63,909 nucleotides of DNA, filler included, from Vicugna vicugna (GCA_013265495.1; 77 parts of 76 records of this genome joined end to end with filler, not necessarily neighbours in it); one strand, 5' to 3'. Shown: positions 23,545 through 37,523, counted from the whole stretch's first letter. Translations and numbers: made by a program. The notes: generated by a model not told the origin, from the sequence alone.

Positions 23545-25507
23545 NNNNNNNNNNNNNNNNNNNNNNNNNNNNNNNNNNNNNNNNNNNNTTAATTAATTAA
23601 NNNNNNNNNNNNNNNNNNNNNNNNNNNNNNNNNNNNNNNNNNNNATTATGGCTTCTTTCCTTTAAAACCTTTCAGGTTATTTGAATGAGTCCTTGGAAGA
23701 GATTTGTTTGCTGTCCAGTATCTTGATCCACAAGACTCTGGAGGCCTTTTTCGGAATGGCTGTTCACTGATTCATTCAAAACACAACTTATCAATCAAGG
23801 AGTAGCTGTGCTTTTCTGCCAGGAGTTTGTGGTCACTCTCATGGCAGAACAGCTTTAAACTATATCCTTACTTTGGATTTGTTATTTTTCCCATCTTCCA
23901 ACAAAATTGACTTTCCTTACTTTCTTGTCTTGAGGAATTTTTTTTTTCCTCTTTCACCCTTTAGTAAACCAAGATCCTCAGGATGGGCTTGGCCCATAAT
24001 ATGAACCCCCATCCAACTCCTAGTGTGAGAGGCCTGGGGCTAACATCCTGCCCTCCTGTCAAGGCAACTGAAAATCAGTTCAGGAGCATCTAAGGCTCGC
24101 ATATCTCCCAGAAACCCTGCTTTCTCGTTTTTCTTGTCTTCTGAGAATTTCCCCTCACTTTCTTGAGAATAAGTTGTGCAGCTTGAAAGATGAGGAAGGA
24201 AGGTTTTATTTCTTAACCAGCATTTTAAGGAACTTGTGTAATGAAACTTTTCATGAGTTTCTAGAACCCTCCATTGCCGAGATAGTAAACACACTAGACA
24301 TTTTCTAAATTTAGCTCTCATGTGCATTTTTNNNNNNNNNNNNNNNNNNNNNNNNNNNNNNNNNNNNNNNNNNNNTTAATTAATTAANNNNNNNNNNNNN
24401 NNNNNNNNNNNNNNNNNNNNNNNNNNNNNNNTAGGTAAAAGGAGGACACCCAAAGTCCAGTGATGAGCTGGATCAAAAGTGGTGAGGTAGCAGCTAAAAT
24501 AGTTGACAAGCATTTGTCTGTATGTATCTCCAGATACAGTGAAACATAAAGATATGCCAAGGAACACAGATGCCAGATTTATAAAGAAATAACTAAACTA
24601 AGTTGAGTTTGTGTGCTTAGAGTTGGAAAGGCTTTAAGTGCCACACTGAGGACGTAAGCTTGTCTTTGGCTGGAACATAAAAGCAACATTAAATATTGAC
24701 TAGAAAATATAGCGTAGACTCTTGAGGGCAGGAAATGAAAGAACCAATTTGAACGCTTTTAGGACAGCACAAAGAAGACCATAGATAAAATTTCTTCCTA
24801 AATTCTACCATAGGCTGAAAGTGCCATCTGAGGCTATATCATGTGACCTTTATGATTTCAGGCATGTCATAAGAGAGACCGTGATCCCTGGGCTGGTTCC
24901 TGCATTTATCTTCTGTTCCAACCCATCCTAATTTAACACTTTTAATCCTTTCCAGGATGAACCAGGAACCACTTAGTACTTTTCCCTCTCTCCATGTTTT
25001 AGTCTTTCTCCAAATTCTTCCTTTTTTTCTTTTTCCTTACAAGATTACAAGAAATAAATTAACTCCAATATTGTTCCATCAAATGATCATATCAATCAAA
25101 TAACTTTTTTTATTTAAATAGTAACTTTGTCTCCCATTGAACTCTTAACACTATTTAAAAAATATAAGATAAATACAGGTACACATCTATGTTTATTGTT
25201 CAAATAAGAAAATTGCAGATATTTGTCGACATTTGCCAACATCAATTTTAATCTTTGTTTTCCTGCATAATCTGTTAGTCCTCTGGTAGATCAGTTGTAA
25301 TTAGTATGACGTTCATAAACTGAAGATGTCTAATGATTTGGCTTTGAAAGAGAGTTAGCTGTTGTATCAACTATCACTGGCATGGAAACCATGGGTTGAT
25401 TCCTGGTNNNNNNNNNNNNNNNNNNNNNNNNNNNNNNNNNNNNNNNNNNNNTTAATTAATTAANNNNNNNNNNNNNNNNNNNNNNNNNNNNNNNNNNNNN
25501 NNNNNNN

Positions 25508-26110
25508 TAATGTGTTGTTAGTATATAAAAATGCAAGAGATATTTGTATATTAATTTTGTATCCTGCAAGTTTACTAAGTTTGTTGACTATTTCCAGCAG
25601 TCACTGGAATAGAATATGGAGTTTTCCATCAACGTATAATTATGTCATCTGTATAAATTTTAGTGCTTGTTTACAAGTTGGAAGTCTTTTATATTTTTTC
25701 CTGACTAGTTGTTCTGGCTAGGACTTCTAGTAGTGTAATTTAGGACTTGTGAAAACGAGCTATTTTTTCGTATTACTGGACCAGAGGAAAAACTTCCTGT
25801 ATTTTAACATTGAACTTGATGTTAGTCATGGGTTTTTCATATATGGCTTTTATTATCTTTAGATATATTCTATCTAGAGCGAATTTATTAACAATTTTTT
25901 GTATACAAAAGTTAAGATCAGTTCTGTCAATAATTTTCCTACATTTTGGAGATTGTTACTTTTGCATTCTCTGTTTTTTAGGGATGGTATCACATTTATT
26001 GTTTTGCATATGTTGTATAATATTTATGAATCAGGACTTAATCAAACTTAACTATATTTTATAATACTTATAATAAGCTATGAATTCAGGTTGCTAATAC
26101 TTATTTAGAA
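25508..26110 (-). mobile_element. Decayed LINE-1 ORF2 fragment
   Basis: TTTGTATATTAATTTTGTATCCTGCAAGTTTACTAAGTTTG, TCTGGCTAGGACTTCTAGTA and TCATATATGGCTTTTATTAT are typical antisense L1 ORF2 motifs. Confidence 0.8.
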
Positions 26111-26372
26111 TGGAATATACACATACTGAAGGAAAAATTTACATTGTAGCTTGAGTGTACATTTATTTATTTAAAATTTTTATCACTCATTTTGAAATTG
26201 GCTTATGTTTACATTTCTAAATAAATGATATAAATTTTGGTAGAACTGGATTTACTACAGTTTACTGATACANNNNNNNNNNNNNNNNNNNNNNNNNNNN
26301 NNNNNNNNNNNNNNNNTTAATTAATTAANNNNNNNNNNNNNNNNNNNNNNNNNNNNNNNNNNNNNNNNNNNN

Positions 26373-26788
26373 ATTCTGAGTTATGAAATCCATGTTCTAA
26401 ATTCTGGGATCTGTGTTTTATATTCTATATACTATATTCTGTATTCTGCATTCCATTTTCTAAATTGTGGTTTCTATATCCTGTATTCTATATCCTGTAT
26501 TCCGTATTCAACATTCTGTATTCTACATATTATTTTCTGTATACCATATTCTATATTCTGTGTTCTGCATTCCATGTTCTGGAATATGTGTTCTGTATTC
26601 TGCATTCTATATTCTATACCATATGTTCTACATTCCTTGTTCTAAATTCTAGTTTCTGTATTCTATATTCTATATTCTATATTCTCTGTTCTACATTCTA
26701 TATTCTACATCTATTTTTCTGTATATTATATATTGTTTTCTGAATTCCATGTTCTATATTCTGGGTTCTGATTTCTGTATTCTTTACT
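26373..26788. repeat. Satellite family C (TTCTATA)n
   Basis: Tandem heptamer variants. Confidence 0.95.
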
Positions 26789-26888
26789 NNNNNNNNNNNN
26801 NNNNNNNNNNNNNNNNNNNNNNNNNNNNNNNNTTAATTAATTAANNNNNNNNNNNNNNNNNNNNNNNNNNNNNNNNNNNNNNNNNNNN

Positions 26889-27858
26889 TCTATAAAAGGA
26901 ATAATTTCATCTAGACACGTGTACACATTTTCCTAAGCTTTCCCTAGCACCAGGTTCGAACTCGTGCATTTTTCACAAAAAAATAATTCTGGAGTGATTT
27001 CCACCTAATAGGTATGTAACTAACCTGAATTCCATCAATATGGCTTTCCGGATACCGTACATGTTACATGCATGACGGATTCGGCCATCATGCATTTCTG
27101 ACTTGTGAGCATGTGAATTACTGACCTTTCATCCACCAAACAATGCGTATAAACACTTAGAATTATTTTCTCTTACTTCATAGATTTTTCTATCACCAGT
27201 ATATAAAAACGGACATCGGGCACCAGAAAACACTCTTTGAGCGAATTCCCACCAATACAAATGTAATTTACATTGTTTACATAACCATGGCATTCCGTAT
27301 TACGAACATGTTTCATGCATCACAGATTCCTCAAACTTGAATTTCTGAGATGTGAACATGCGCATGACTGATGTTTCAAACACCAAACTAGTTAACTATG
27401 CACTATGAAATATTTATTTTGACTTCGTAGCTTCTGCCTATCACCAGTTTCAAGAATCACACTTTGATCCCAGAAAAACACTCTTGGAGCCAATTCTACC
27501 CTAGAGATATGTAATTTGAATAGATTCCATCTACATGATATTCCGTGTTCCGTACATGCTACATATATGACGGATTCGACAAATATACATTCCTGAGTTG
27601 AGGTCATCTGGATTACTAATCTTTCCTCCTCTATAAAAGAATAAAAGGAATATTTTCATCTAGACCCGTGTACACATTTTCACAAACTTTCCCTAACACC
27701 AGGTTCGAATTCGTGCATTTTTAACAAAAAAATATTTCTGGAGTGATTTCCAACTAATAGGTATGTAATTTACCTGAATTCCATCAATATGGCATTCCGG
27801 GTACCATACATGGTACATGCATGACGGGTTCGGCAATCATGCATTTCTGACTTGTGAG
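26889..27858 (+). repeat. Satellite family B, one full ~741-bp higher-order unit plus part of the next
   Basis: Subunit anchors (ATGG/ATGA..TTCCG) lie at 27040, 27287, 27535 and 27789. Spacings are 247, 248 and 254, the last including an 8-bp ATAAAAGA duplication. Confidence 0.95.
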
Positions 27859-27958
27859 NNNNNNNNNNNNNNNNNNNNNNNNNNNNNNNNNNNNNNNNNN
27901 NNTTAATTAATTAANNNNNNNNNNNNNNNNNNNNNNNNNNNNNNNNNNNNNNNNNNNN

Positions 27959-29403
27959 ATAGAATGAAGAACACACAATATAGAATATAGAATAGACAAT
28001 ATACAACCCAGAATTTTGAACATGGAATGCATAACACAGAATTTAGAAAATAGAATACAGAATATTGAATATAGAATTTAGAAAACATAATGCAGAACAC
28101 AGAATTTAGAATACAGAATACGGAATAATGAATATAGAATTTAGAACATNNNNNNNNNNNNNNNNNNNNNNNNNNNNNNNNNNNNNNNNNNNNNNNNNNN
28201 NNNNNNNNNNNNNNNNNNNNNNNNNNNNNNNNNNNNNNNNNNNNNNNNNNNNNNNNNNNNNNNNNNNNNNNNNNNNNNNNNNNNNNNNNNNNNNNNNNNN
28301 NNNNNNNNNNNNNNNNNNNNNNNNNNNNNNNNNNNNNNNNNNNNNNNNNNNNNNNNNNNNNNNNNNNNNNNNNNNNNNNNNNNNNNNNNNNNNNNNNNNN
28401 NNNNNNNNNNNNNNNNNNNNNNNNNNNNNNNNNNNNNNNNNNNNNNNNNNNNNNNNNNNNNNNNNNNNNNNNNNNNNNNNNNNNNNNNNNNNNNNNNNNN
28501 NNNNNNNNNNNNNNNNNNNNNNNNNNNNNNNNNNNNNNNNNNNNNNNNNNNNNNNNNNNNNNNNNNNNNNNNNNNNNNNNNNNNNNNNNNNNNNNNNNNN
28601 NNNNNNNNNNNNNNNNNNNNNNNNNNNNNNNNNNNNNNNNNNNNNNNNNNNNNNNNNNNNNNNNNNNNNNNNNNNNNNNNNNNNNNNNNNNNNNNNNNNN
28701 NNNNNNNNNNNNNNNNNNNNNNNNNNNNNNNNNNNNNNNNNNNNNNNNNNNNNNNNNNNNNNNNNNNNNNNNNNNNNNNNNNNNNNNNNNNNNNNNNNNN
28801 NNNNNNNNNNNNNNNNNNNNNNNNNNNNNNNNNNNNNNNNNNNNNNNNNNNNNNNNNNNNNNNNNNNNNNNNNNNNNNNNNNNNNNNNNNNNNNNNNNNN
28901 NNNNNNNNNNNNNNNNNNNNNNNNNNNNNNNNNNNNNNNNNNNNNNNNNNNNNNNNNNNNNNNNNNNNNNNNNNNNNNNNNNNNNNNNNNNNNNNNNNNN
29001 NNNNNNNNNNNNNNNNNNNNNNNNNNNNNNNNNNNNNNNNNNNNNNNNNNNNNNNNNNNNNNNNNNNNNNNNNNNNNNNNNNNNNNNNNNNNNNNNNNNN
29101 NNNNNNNNNNNNNNNNNNNNNNNNNNNNNNNNNNTAGAATTTAGTAATGGAATGCAGAACACAGAATTTAGGATATAAAATACAGAAGACTGAATATAGA
29201 ATTTTGAATAAATAATGTAGAAAACAATATAGAATATAAAATACGGAATGCAGAATATAGAATACAGAATATAGAATATAGAACACAGAATATAGAATAT
29301 GGAAAACAGAATTCAGAACCCAGAATTAAGAACAAGGAATGAAGAATACACAATTTATCATATAGAATACAGAATAATGAATATAGAATTTAGAACATAG
29401 AAT
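27959..29403. repeat. Satellite family C (TATAGAA)n with internal gap
   Basis: Tandem AGAATAT/AGAATAC/AGAATTT units. Confidence 0.95.
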
Positions 29404-29503
29404 NNNNNNNNNNNNNNNNNNNNNNNNNNNNNNNNNNNNNNNNNNNNTTAATTAATTAANNNNNNNNNNNNNNNNNNNNNNNNNNNNNNNNNNNNNNNNN
29501 NNN

Positions 29504-29836
29504 AAGAAAAAGAAAAATGCCATGTGATAAAGCTAGTATGTGGAATCTAAAAAAAAAAAAAGAAAAGACACAAATGAACTTATCTACAAAACAAGAACAG
29601 ATTTATGGACATAGAAAACAAACTTATGGTTACCAGCAGGTAAAGAGGGTGGGAAGAGACAAATTGGGAATTCAAAAATTGCACCTCTTGGAAAGTGATG
29701 GAAATGTTAGCTACCTTGATTGTGGTTGTGTTTTCTTGGGTGTATACATCTACCAAAATTCATCAAACTGTACATCTGAAATGTGTGCAGTTTGCTGTAC
29801 AGGAACCATACCACAATAAAGGTGTTAAAAAAAAAA
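29504..29836 (+). mobile_element. LINE-1 3' UTR pieces (younger L1 piece joined to an older L1M-type 3' end) with poly-A
   Basis: TATGTGGAATCTAAAAAA...ACAAATGAACTTATCTACAAAAC...AAACTTATGGTTACC, then CTTGATTGTGGT...CAAAATTCATCAAACTGTACA...CAATAAAG-A10. Confidence 0.8.
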
Positions 29837-31697
29837 GTTGGCAAGAGAGTTTGAGAAGGTTCACCGTGTTACACAGAACACCTTCTGCATCACTTGTGGG
29901 CCTGGAGTTCTGTCTGACTCCTGAAGGAAGGAGTCAGAGTGTAGAGTCAGAGTGTGTAGGGGATGAGTTCCAAACCCTGGAGTGCAGGATGCCCAGGGAG
30001 ATGGTACATAAAGACTCCTTGAAGATCATTCATTTAGAGACCAAGCCACAGTCTGGGACATATTCAGGAAGGGACCATTCAAGACCCCAGGACCATTTAT
30101 AGGCAGCTCTCAGGTAGACCTCAGTCCTCCCATCCTTTCTCCTCCGGCCACCTCCCACCACTCTATCTACTCCCTAGTGTCACACGAGCCTTCAGAACAG
30201 AGCCGCCTGACCCCAGCAACTCTGGGAGTCTTAAGATCTTTGTTCTTATTTGGACTCTGCAAGNNNNNNNNNNNNNNNNNNNNNNNNNNNNNNNNNNNNN
30301 NNNNNNNTTAATTAATTAANNNNNNNNNNNNNNNNNNNNNNNNNNNNNNNNNNNNNNNNNNNNTGACATTGTGTTGATATCTCATTTGCAGCCTTTAAAA
30401 AGTTTAATTGATTTCATTTCCATGTTTTGAGAGTTATACGAAAATGAAGTTAGTTTTTGAAACATCCTAAATCGACCTAGAAGCCAGAATTGTCAATTTC
30501 GGTAACATTTTGTCAGTTCTAAGGAAAACATAGACAGATAGAATGCAAAGTAGCAGTCCAAACTGTAAAAGGGNNNNNNNNNNNNNNNNNNNNNNNNNNN
30601 NNNNNNNNNNNNNNNNNTTAATTAATTAANNNNNNNNNNNNNNNNNNNNNNNNNNNNNNNNNNNNNNNNNNNNTGGGCACGGGAGTGCTTACATTGGTGC
30701 CGGTCACACCAGCGCTGATCCATCTCCACGTGATGAGCCCTTTGTGTAAGTAGTAGAGGTGGGATCCAGAGTCTTCCTGTGTCTACAGAGTTCTCCAGTA
30801 AAGCCAACTTGGAGGAAAGAAAGAAAATGCCTACTGTTTCAAGACTGTGTCCTAAGGGTTTAAAGCTCACTGTGGAGCACACGTGAGATCTCATCCAGTA
30901 AATACTCTGGGGTCTTGACTCAGACGTGTCATGAATTTGGCATTCCCATAATGTTATTTCTCTTATAATATGTCTAAGCAATCATTTTTTTGTGATGGTT
31001 ATATGTGCATTAATGTCCTGAAGAAACTGTTGTTGATGGAAATGTGGGCATCAGTGNNNNNNNNNNNNNNNNNNNNNNNNNNNNNNNNNNNNNNNNNNNN
31101 TTAATTAATTAANNNNNNNNNNNNNNNNNNNNNNNNNNNNNNNNNNNNNNNNNNNNTTTCTTTCTTTATATGATAGTATTTTACTTTCAAATTACTTAGT
31201 TTTCAGTTCTTGGAGAAATTTTTTCGGGGGTTGGAGAAACAACTTTGCTCTTACCATCTTTGTGACCTTTTGCTATATGCGTCTCACCTGTCTTCTGTCA
31301 CTTGTGAGGCGGTTCCATTTGTGACCCTGTCCATAGTATAAAACATAAAATCTGTAAAAGTACAGTCCCTTTTACTCCGAAGACATTCCACAAATACTCC
31401 TTTAATCTGGGTGTGGTTTTAAGAAGACACAATCATTAGAATATATACTTGCAGGTTGCCAGTGCAAAATCCCCAAATTAATAGTCGAGCTCAACATCTA
31501 AAATCTTTCTAATGTACCATGGATTTGTATGGATAAATGAATTAGTTTGCTGAGAACTCAATCCTCCCAAGCTGATGCTCTGCCAGATGGTGGGGCCNNN
31601 NNNNNNNNNNNNNNNNNNNNNNNNNNNNNNNNNNNNNNNNNTTAATTAATTAANNNNNNNNNNNNNNNNNNNNNNNNNNNNNNNNNNNNNNNNNNNN

Positions 31698-32521
31698 CTT
31701 TCGTGCTCCCCCACGCACTGACAATATTTCCGGAATCCTGAGGTTGGGGAGGTTCCACCAACGGTAATCAGCGCGTTGGTTCTAACGGAATGCCTAAGCT
31801 CGTCTCCCCTGAGGGTTTTCCTAATGTCTCTGTGCCAGGGAATGCTAGGGGGGTTTGCAGGATATCCCAGTGACAGAGGCTGCCTCCCCAAAGTCAGGGA
31901 ANNNNNNNNNNNNNNNNNNNNNNNNNNNNNNNNNNNNNNNNNNNNNNNNNNNNNNNNNNNNNNNNNNNNNNNNNNNNNNNNNNNNNNNNNNNNNNNNNNN
32001 NNNNNNNNNNNNNNNNNNNNNNNNNNNNNNNNNNNNNNNNNNNNNNNNNNNNNNNNNNNNNNNNNNNNNNNNNNNNNNNNNNNNNNNNNNNNNNNNNNNN
32101 NNNNNNNNNNNNNNNNNNNNNNNNNNNNNNNNNNNNNNNNNNNNNNNNNNNNNNNNNNNNNNNNNNNNNNNNNNNNNNNNNNNNNNNNNNNNNNNNNNNN
32201 NNNNNNNNNNNNNNNNNNNNNNNNNNNNNNNNNNNNNNNNNNNNNNNNNNNNNNNNNNNNNNNNNNNNNNNNNNNNNNNNNNNNNNNNNNNNNNNNNNNN
32301 NNNNNNNNNNNNNNNNNNNNNNNNNNNNNNNNNNNNNNNNNNNNNNNNNNNNNNNNNNNNNNNNNNNNNNNNNNNNNNNNNNNNNNNNNNNNNNNNNNNN
32401 NNNNNNNNNNNNNNNNGGTCGGCAGCGCGTGGGTTGTAACGGAGTGCATAAGCTCGTCTCCCCTGAGTTTTTCCTGATTTCTCTGTGCCAGGGAATGCTA
32501 GGTGTGATTGCATGTTATCCC
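31698..32521 (-). repeat. Satellite family A
   Basis: Reverse complement of A on both sides of the gap. Confidence 0.95.
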
Positions 32522-32621
32522 NNNNNNNNNNNNNNNNNNNNNNNNNNNNNNNNNNNNNNNNNNNNTTAATTAATTAANNNNNNNNNNNNNNNNNNNNNNN
32601 NNNNNNNNNNNNNNNNNNNNN

Positions 32622-33961
32622 TGACTTGTGAGCATGTGGATTACTGACCTTTCATCCTCCAAACAAAGCGTATATAGAGATAGAAACATTTACTCTGACT
32701 TCATAGATTTTTCTATCACCAGGTTCTAAAATCGGACATTTGGCACCAGAATAAACTGTTTGAGCGAATANNNNNNNNNNNNNNNNNNNNNNNNNNNNNN
32801 NNNNNNNNNNNNNNNNNNNNNNNNNNNNNNNNNNNNNNNNNNNNNNNNNNNNNNNNNNNNNNNNNNNNNNNNNNNNNNNNNNNNNNNNNNNNNNNNNNNN
32901 NNNNNNNNNNNNNNNNNNNNNNNNNNNNNNNNNNNNNNNNNNNNNNNNNNNNNNNNNNNNNNNNNNNNNNNNNNNNNNNNNNNNNNNNNNNNNNNNNNNN
33001 NNNNNNNNNNNNNNNNNNNNNNNNNNNNNNNNNNNNNNNNNNNNNNNNNNNNNNNNNNNNNNNNNNNNNNNNNNNNNNNNNNNNNNNNNNNNNNNNNNNN
33101 NNNNNNNNNNNNNNNNNNNNNNNNNNNNNNNNNNNNNNNNNNNNNNNNNNNNNNNNNNNNNNNNNNNNNNNNNNNNNNNNNNNNNNNNNNNNNNNNNNNN
33201 NNNNNNNNNNNNNNNNNNNNNNNNNNNNNNNNNNNNNNNNNNNNNNNNNNNNNNNNNNNNNNNNNNNNNNNNNNNATATGTAAATACATGTATTCCAACA
33301 ACATGGCATTCCGGGTTCCGTACATGCTACATGTATGACGGATTTGGCAATCATGCGTTTCTGACTTGTTAGCATGTGGATTAAAAACATTTCACCTTCC
33401 GAAAAAGGATTATATAGACTTAGCAATATTTACTAGGACTTCATATTTTTTCCTATCACCAGGTTCTAAAATCGGACATTTTGAACCAGAAAACACTCTT
33501 TGAGCGAATTCTCACCAATACACATGTAATTTACATTGTTTACCTAACCATGGAATTCCGTATTACGAACATGTTTCATGCATCACGGATTCCTCAAACA
33601 TGCATTTATGTGTTGTGAACATGTGCATGCCTGATGTGTCAACCACCAAACAAGTTACCTATGCACTCTGAAATATTTCCTTTGACTTTGTAGCTTCTTC
33701 CTATCACCAGTTTCAAGAATCAGCATTTGATCCCACAAAAACCCTCTTGGAGCGAATTCTTCCCTAGAGATATATAATTTGAATAGTTTCCATCTACATG
33801 ATATTCCGTGTTCCGTAAATGCTACATACATTACGGATTCGACAAATGTTCATTCCTGAGTTGAGTTCATCTGGATTACTAATCTTTACAACTCTATAAA
33901 AGTAATATTTTCTTCAAGGCACGTGTACACATTTTCACAAGCTTTCCCTAAAACCTGGTTC
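32622..33961 (+). repeat. Satellite family B
   Basis: TGACTTGT(G/T)AGCATGTGGA occurs at 32622 and 33362 (740 bp across the estimated gap). Confidence 0.93.
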
Positions 33962-34094
33962 NNNNNNNNNNNNNNNNNNNNNNNNNNNNNNNNNNNNNNN
34001 NNNNNTTAATTAATTAANNNNNNNNNNNNNNNNNNNNNNNNNNNNNNNNNNNNNNNNNNNNCATATATGTTGGGGCCTCAGGGGATCCAAAAGT

Positions 34095-34614
34095 TATACA
34101 CATGTTTTCTCCAGCAGCCAACTGAGAGATGACACAATAGACAAGGCAGGAGATAAATGTCTTCTTTGTTACTGATGAAGTCACATTCTCCATGAACTTC
34201 AGGGCTGTGGGAAAATGCGTGTCATGATACTGTGTCGCAGAATTAGAGATTCACCCTGTCCCAGCTATCTCTGTGCCACAGCGAGCCTTCCCTTGAGAGG
34301 ACCTGCCCCTTCATACACAGGGCTATCCTGCCATGGAGCTGAGCATCCCGGGTGCTTCCAAATGGTGACCAACACTGGAGTGAAAGGAAGGGTTTCACAT
34401 GCCCTGCTTGTCTCCCCGGACTCACACCTCACTCTGTTAGTGTAATGAGTGCTAGCTGTGGGCCAGGGGCCAGGGGTAAGGGGTGTGAAGCGAGAAGTAC
34501 TCTCTATGGCCCAGAGGAGTGGAAAGAGGCATCCCCTCCTTCAGTTTAAACAGGTGGTGGGATGGAAGAGAAGGGTGTACCCCAAGTGTTTATAAAAGGA
34601 GAAATAAGGATTTC
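34095..34614. repeat. Multi-copy unclassified segment, inverted paralog of about 55645-56165
   Basis: CTCCAGCAGCCAACTGAGAGATGACA, CACAGCGAGCCTTCCCTTGAGAGG and CAGTTTAAACAGGTGGTGG are all present reverse-complemented at 55645-56165. Confidence 0.88.
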
Positions 34615-34714
34615 NNNNNNNNNNNNNNNNNNNNNNNNNNNNNNNNNNNNNNNNNNNNTTAATTAATTAANNNNNNNNNNNNNNNNNNNNNNNNNNNNNN
34701 NNNNNNNNNNNNNN

Positions 34715-36038
34715 CTGAGCATGTGGAGAGACGTTCGTTCATCCAACCCCAAGGGAACGATTTGCAGGAGAAACACTTCTCTGGTTTCTCAGTGTGTTTC
34801 CTAGTGCCGGTTTGAAGTGCCTGCCGTTTTCACTGTAAAACCAAGATGGAGCTTGTACTTCCCCATATATATGTATGGATTANNNNNNNNNNNNNNNNNN
34901 NNNNNNNNNNNNNNNNNNNNNNNNNNNNNNNNNNNNNNNNNNNNNNNNNNNNNNNNNNNNNNNNNNNNNNNNNNNNNNNNNNNNNNNNNNNNNNNNNNNN
35001 NNNNNNNNNNNNNNNNNNNNNNNNNNNNNNNNNNNNNNNNNNNNNNNNNNNNNNNNNNNNNNNNNNNNNNNNNNNNNNNNNNNNNNNNNNNNNNNNNNNN
35101 NNNNNNNNNNNNNNNNNNNNNNNNNNNNNNNNNNNNNNNNNNNNNNNNNNNNNNNNNNNNNNNNNNNNNNNNNNNNNNNNNNNNNNNNNNNNNNNNNNNN
35201 NNNNNNNNNNNNNNNNNNNNNNNNNNNNNNNNNNNNNNNNNNNNNNNNNNNNNNNNNNNNNNNNNNNNNNNNNNNNNNNNNNNNNNNNNNNNNNNNNNNN
35301 NNNNNNNNNNNNNNNNNNNNNNNNNNNNNNNNNNNNNNNNNNNNNNNNNNNNNNNNNNNNNNNNNNNNNNNNNNNNNNNNNNNNNNNNNNNNNNNNNNNN
35401 NNNNNNNNNNNNNNNNNNNNNNNNNNNNNNNNNNNNNNNNNNNNNNNNNNNNNNNNNNNNNNNNNNNNNNNNNNNNNNNNNNNNNNNNNNNNNNNNNNNN
35501 NNNNNNNNNNNNNNNNNNNNNNNNNNNNNNNNNNNNNNNNNNNNNNNNNNNNNNNNNNNNNNNNNNNNNNNNNNNNNNNNNNNNNNNNNNNNNNNNNNNN
35601 NNNNNNNNNNNNNNNNNNNNNNNNNNNNNNNNNNNNNNNNNNNNNNNNNNNNNNNNNNNNNNNNNNNNNNNNNNNNNNNNNNNNNNNNNNNNNNNNNNNN
35701 NNNNNNNNNNNNNNNNNNNNNNNNNNNNNNNNNNNNNNGGAACGGGTTGCAGGAGAAACACTTAGTCTGGTTTCTCAGTCTGTTTCCTAGTGCCGGTTTG
35801 AAGTGACTGCTGTTTTCACTGTAAAACTGAGTAGGAGCTTGTGCCTCCCATATATATGTATGGAGTAGAGTTGGCATCTGAAAAGAAACTTTGTGTTCCC
35901 TCAAAGCTAGTTGAAGGACGGCTTTCACACACACTTATCTCTCAGAACTGAGCATGTGGAGAGACGTTCGTTCATCCAGCCCCAAGTGAACGCGTTGCAG
36001 GAGACACACTTATTCTGGTTTCTCAGTCTGTTTCCTAG
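34715..36038 (+). repeat. Satellite family E (~248-249-bp monomer)
   Basis: AACG(G/C)GTTGCAGGAGA occurs at 35741 and 35989 (period 248). CTGAGCATGTGGAGAGACGTTCGTTCATCC motif present. Confidence 0.92.
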
Positions 36039-36679
36039 NNNNNNNNNNNNNNNNNNNNNNNNNNNNNNNNNNNNNNNNNNNNTTAATTAATTAANNNNNN
36101 NNNNNNNNNNNNNNNNNNNNNNNNNNNNNNNNNNNNNNATTTTAATGATCTGGAAGAATCAGCTCAGCAGTGTATTCAAGACACCTACAGATGGTGTCTA
36201 AAGGGGGTGTTCTTGGATAGCTTTTTGTGAATGTTAGAGTGAAGTCAGGGTCAGGTACACAAATTTAGTTTAAAAGCAAAAGGTGAAACAGATTTCTTTT
36301 CAAAAATCTATTGTGTCTGGTTAGAAATCATCAAATCCATGGGTCAAGGGAAGGAAAAAATACCTAGTGACCACGTGACTGTTTCAGGAGCTGGTAGTAA
36401 AATGACAGTTGACAATTGTGTAAATTAGATACAATCTTGATGTCCAACTGACCCAAAGATTTTTAACCCAAAGATGCCCATGTGCCAAAAATTTATCAAG
36501 GAATAAATAGTGATCTATGTTTTGTCAGCTCCCTTTATCCCCCCTTCAAGCCTGCATTGTGATTGGGAAACTAAGAACTNNNNNNNNNNNNNNNNNNNNN
36601 NNNNNNNNNNNNNNNNNNNNNNNTTAATTAATTAANNNNNNNNNNNNNNNNNNNNNNNNNNNNNNNNNNNNNNNNNNNN

Positions 36680-37523
36680 TCGCTCAAAACCCGGCCAAGG
36701 AAAATACTCAGGGAAGTCAATCTATTGGATCCAATTAGATCCCACCTGCTATGGTCAGTTGCAGGAGCCTCCCACACTCAGGATACCAGAAAACTTCGTG
36801 TGTGTGCTGGAGGTGGGGAAACAAAGAACACGCATTTTTCAGGGGTCACAGTAATTCCCAAGTTGTGGGTTGTAGTTTAAACATTCCCACTACCCATGGA
36901 GAGGCACACGCTGATACTTAGTTTTAGAACACAAATCCCACTTTCAACCACACACTGGCATAGGCAAACCATCAGGGAAGACAAGCAAAGTGATTCCATT
37001 AAAACCAAGATGTTGATATCAGTTGGAGGAACGACCCCACACTCAGGGTACTGGAACACAACCTTGTGTGGTGGGGAGGTTTGAAGCCCACCTCCACGCA
37101 GATGAATGGGTGCTCAGGTGTTTCCCTTTATGGGGAATTCATCTAAATACTTCCTCAGTCCATCGGGGGGCACTCGCTACTATTTGGTCTCAAAGCCCAA
37201 ACCCCAGGTTTGTCTCAGAGTCAGTCCTAGGGAAACACTCAGGGATTAAAAGCTAAGGCATTCTATTAGAACCCAGCCTCTTCTGTCACCTGAAAGTGCC
37301 AGCCCACACTGAGGATACCAGGACACTTCTGCATGAGTGTTCTGGAAGTGGGGATACAGAGTCCACGCATATTTCAAGGAGCACAGGTATTCCCATGTTG
37401 TGGGTTTTTGGTTAATAACCTCAAAGCACTCGCCATGGATTTAGAGCCCACCCCACCCTTTCCCCAGCACTCCGTACGAGGTAACCAAACAGGGTAGACA
37501 AGTTAAGCGATTTTATAAGAACC
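36680..37523 (+). repeat. Satellite family D
   Basis: Colinear with the reverse complement of about 48295-48800 and with 2983-3340. Confidence 0.9.

Noticed and set aside
24435..24481. Micro-exon VKGGHPKSSDELDQKW with a GTGAGG donor
   Set aside because: The acceptor context is cut off by the scaffold start, leaving insufficient evidence.
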